Part shown: positions 60,982-64,000 of the stretch, piece after piece
How positions within the stretch are numbered: the stretch's first letter is position 1
Layout of the letters: each line of letters starts with the position of its first letter
Assembly: GCA_010093705.1 (NCBI GenBank)
Contig: MU006089.1
Span: 2,591,561-2,655,560 of the forward strand
Reading direction: 5' to 3'
DNA length: 64,000 nucleotides
From: Patellaria atrata CBS 101060
Taxonomy: Eukaryota
Notes under the pieces: generated by a model
The model's database searches: none
What the model was told of the DNA's origin: nothing
What the model saw: the letters and a program-made list of their open reading frames with translations, nothing else
Program-made: the position numbers and the translations under genes

Positions 60982-63428
60982 ATGCCTGAACACCCAATCT
61001 CATTTCAGAGCTATGACCAGTCTCTCTCTGCTGGAGAGGTCCATACGTCTTATAATACTCAGAAATCTAGTCGCCATGTTCATTCCGATCAGTCAGATAT
61101 ACCAGGCGCGGCACCTCATCCTTCCTCTCTATCCTCCATAAACCACTTCAACACGGATAGCAATACCGCGGACATCAACCATATCAGAGGCCTAGACAGC
61201 GCAGACATTACCCACTCACCTCCAGGCTTCGCTGGCTTTGATTATACAAATAGTGTGCCGATGTGGGATTGGGATAATACAATAATCGATTTCAATGAAA
61301 TCGCTCATGCATACCAACCACAAGGCGAGCTAGTACAAGAATTACAAAACCAGCACCCTCCAGCACAAGACTTTACTATCCCGCCGGTACAACTACAAGC
61401 TCACGACAGTATACCACCGCCGTCCCAGTCACCTATCGCAACCTTAAATACGCCCACATCGAATCATGCCGAACAGCCTCCGTCAACTCTTCCCCCACCA
61501 TCGCGACCTACTAGCATATATACAGGGATGAAGAGGAAGTCTGATTCGGAACCTGCTTCTGCCACGTCTGTCACCGGATCGACGGTCGGAGACGCGCCGC
61601 CTGCAAAGCGAACAGCTAAACCGCGTACCCCATCAGCTTCCGATCCAAAGACCGCTATTTTATCTGAATCCCAAGGATCCGTGAATAGTTCCCGTACAGT
61701 GGGCGACTTCGCAGGTTCTACTGGAAATGTTGTATCTTCCGGGGATAATGGAGCTCGTCAAAACGAAGATACGACCAGGGAAGCAACTAGAAGAACAGTC
61801 TCAACAGCTGCAAGTCGAAACGTCCCGTTAGGAAAGGAAAGAACGATAGCAGACTCTTCAATAACTGGCAAAGGACCTATACTACCAGCTGGGAAGGTCT
61901 TCCCTATACAAATTGGGTCGGAACTCTTTAGACTATCCGGAGCTTCAATATCTTCTGATGGTCAGTTTATGATAGTTGATGCAATTTCCAAGCTAACTAT
62001 TCAAGAGCACCCTCATATTTCTCCCAATTCTTTAGCGAACAATTACAAAGTCATGCTGGGAGAGCGGGTAACATAAACACGTGCTATATCGATCGTGATC
62101 CAATAACTTTCCGTGACATCTCAATGCACCTTCAGGGATATCACGTAGCACCCCGGGATGGGGAGCATTTCGTGAAGCTATTTGCAGATGCTCAATTTTA
62201 CAGCCGTAAGACTCTAACGCGCCCATCATGTATATCAGCTAATTAAGTGATAGTGCCTCGGCTCATACAACAACTTTTCAAAGCCGATATCTTCATTGAG
62301 ATCGGAGGACGCCCGTTTAAGATCTCCCGAGACCTCTTCAACTCACCAGGCGATTCTCCGAACTTTTTCTCCCTAGGCTTTGCCCATTTCTTTAGCACCC
62401 CATCCAATACGTTCCCTGGACTAGACCAGAAGACTCTTTTGCGGCCTCCTGCGATTCATGCTCCTGCATTACCCAACCGGTCAGGAGACATCTTTGCAGA
62501 ACTACTACACATCCTTAAAGGGTACCCCGTTCATGTCCGCAATGAAGCACATCGTGCTGAGCTTCTTCGAGATGCCCGGTATTTCAATCTCAAGGGGCTT
62601 GAACAACGTTTGATCCGCTGTGGTATCAGTTACAGTCTAACACGAGATCAAACTGAAATCCTAATTCGACTCGACGATATCAGGCAAAGTGGAATTTCTG
62701 TCGCATTGGATTCGATAGTAGATGATGCCAACACGCCACCATCGTCAACGGCTCATCTCGGCCTTCCAGGTAGCAAGCCAACTACCCCGTCGCACAATGT
62801 GGTCATTAACAATTCACATCCCGGTGTTGCCGTTTTATCGGGTTCTATCAAATATTCTCGTCCATACGTGGATGATACTTCTCACGTCCTCATACTTGAG
62901 ACATCTAATGAATCTGCACGGCTAGACCTACAGGCGATGCGAGCGGAATTCGTTGGACAAACGAAAGCGCGTATCGCGAGCTTGTTCCAGATCATTGCTA
63001 ATAAGATGAACCTCCCTGCAACACAACCGCTGGGTTTGATGATGATGGCTAGTGGCGGTGGGGTCGCTGCCCAGCCACCCAGTCCGGCGAACAGTGGAGT
63101 AAGTGAGCATTTGGTTAAGATACGAGTCGATGACGATGCGTGTATACTTCTCGATGGAGAGGAGCTCGATCCTCCAGATGAGGACGTGGATATGGATAAG
63201 ATACTTTCGGATGAGCTGCAACTGAAGTTGAAAAGGCGGATGGGCTTCTGGAAAGTCACGCGTGACGATATGGGACCGACAGAGTGGATTGTGAGAAAGG
63301 GTCATTGGAGGATAAGGGTCCAGCAGGTTGAAGAGACGGGGAAAGTGGAGGTGGTGATGTGCGCTGTTCGTCTGGACGCGTTTAGCTCTGAGAGAAGTAG
63401 GAATAGGCATCGAGGGTTCTTAACGTAG
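60982..63428 (+). CDS. BTB/POZ-domain protein (YLR108C/YDR132C-like, tandem BTB)
   Basis: Disordered N-terminus, then VFPIQIGSELFRLSGASISSD|APSYFSQFF...YIDRDPITFRDISMHLQGY...FADAQFYS, then PRLIQQL...IEIGGRPFKISRDLF...GDSPNFFSLGF...LLRDARYF. Two introns. Confidence 0.88.
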
Positions 63429-64000
63429 GGGACGTCAGTTGATAATCCCAGTAATTTCTTCGTACATATTAGATGAGAAATCTCCCGGAGAGAATAATTA
63501 CGGGGTACCCACCATATTACTCATCTATTGACTATTTCATTGGGAAGATGCTGCCTTCTTCGCACTCGCTGCGCGCTATTTGGTGCATCCCTTTATCGGA
63601 AACTTCTAGCTACGTGTATGACTGTGAAGACCTCCAACCGAATCGTACAGACGACACAAAGTTTTAGGATGATCCCACTGTGCATTACACTATCAAGCGT
63701 ACACTGTGCGTAAAGGTCCACGTGCACTCACTGTGACAAAGGGGGCATATATCAAACATGGTTGAACGTACAAAATACTCGCACGTAGCAATGATTTCGC
63801 CGTACAAGCATCTCTCTATCCAAAGACAACTTGTTCGACCGTACCAGTGACTCGACCTGATAAACGACTCAACCACACCGATACAAATGATTCCACAGTA
63901 CAAACGACTCAATCGTATGTATTTTTATAAAAGTTCCAATTCCAGCTTCTATCATCAAGCAACAAGGAACGCTAACAGAAACAACCATAGCGAAGCAGAG

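Noticed and set aside
1..64000. tRNA, rRNA, CRISPR arrays, transposase, reverse transcriptase or Starship captain genes
   Set aside because: None recognised by eye. GTTCGA-like hits lack cloverleaf context; tRNAscan-SE and Rfam searches would be needed to exclude them formally.

Overview
Gene-dense, intron-containing genomic DNA from a filamentous ascomycete (Pezizomycotina inferred from short GT-AG introns with CTAAC/CTGAC branch sites and from the gene families). Apparently intact genes, in order: a PTH11-like membrane protein (cut off by the window edge), APC10, a RING protein, a large F-box protein, APC4, coatomer delta, a DUF2420 acidic protein, a NIPA Mg2+ transporter, a DENND11-like protein, a secreted GMC oxidoreductase, a Ser/Thr/Pro-rich Cys-motif protein, a possible OTU/papain-like protease, a ferric reductase, a GH5 beta-mannanase, an OSGIN-like flavoprotein, a Gtt1-like GST and a BTB/POZ protein. 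Two patches of decaying genes sit between them: NmrA-like and NACHT/NLR pseudogenes at 3.4-7.7 kb, and a cation/H+ antiporter plus two unknown pseudogenes at 40-48.6 kb, with a tandem duplication and a MITE-like hairpin at 45.3-46.0 kb. The best leads are: a ubiquitin-ligase neighbourhood (APC10, RING, F-box, APC4 within about 15 kb); a structured non-coding region at 22.1-22.7 kb containing a telomerase-template 9-mer and strong splice signals; the 45.8 kb inverted repeat; and recurrent C-rich to G-rich skew switches near gene 3' ends. No tRNA, rRNA, CRISPR array or autonomous transposon was recognised. No database search was run, so family calls rest on motif recognition, and none of the leads is a demonstrated novel system.
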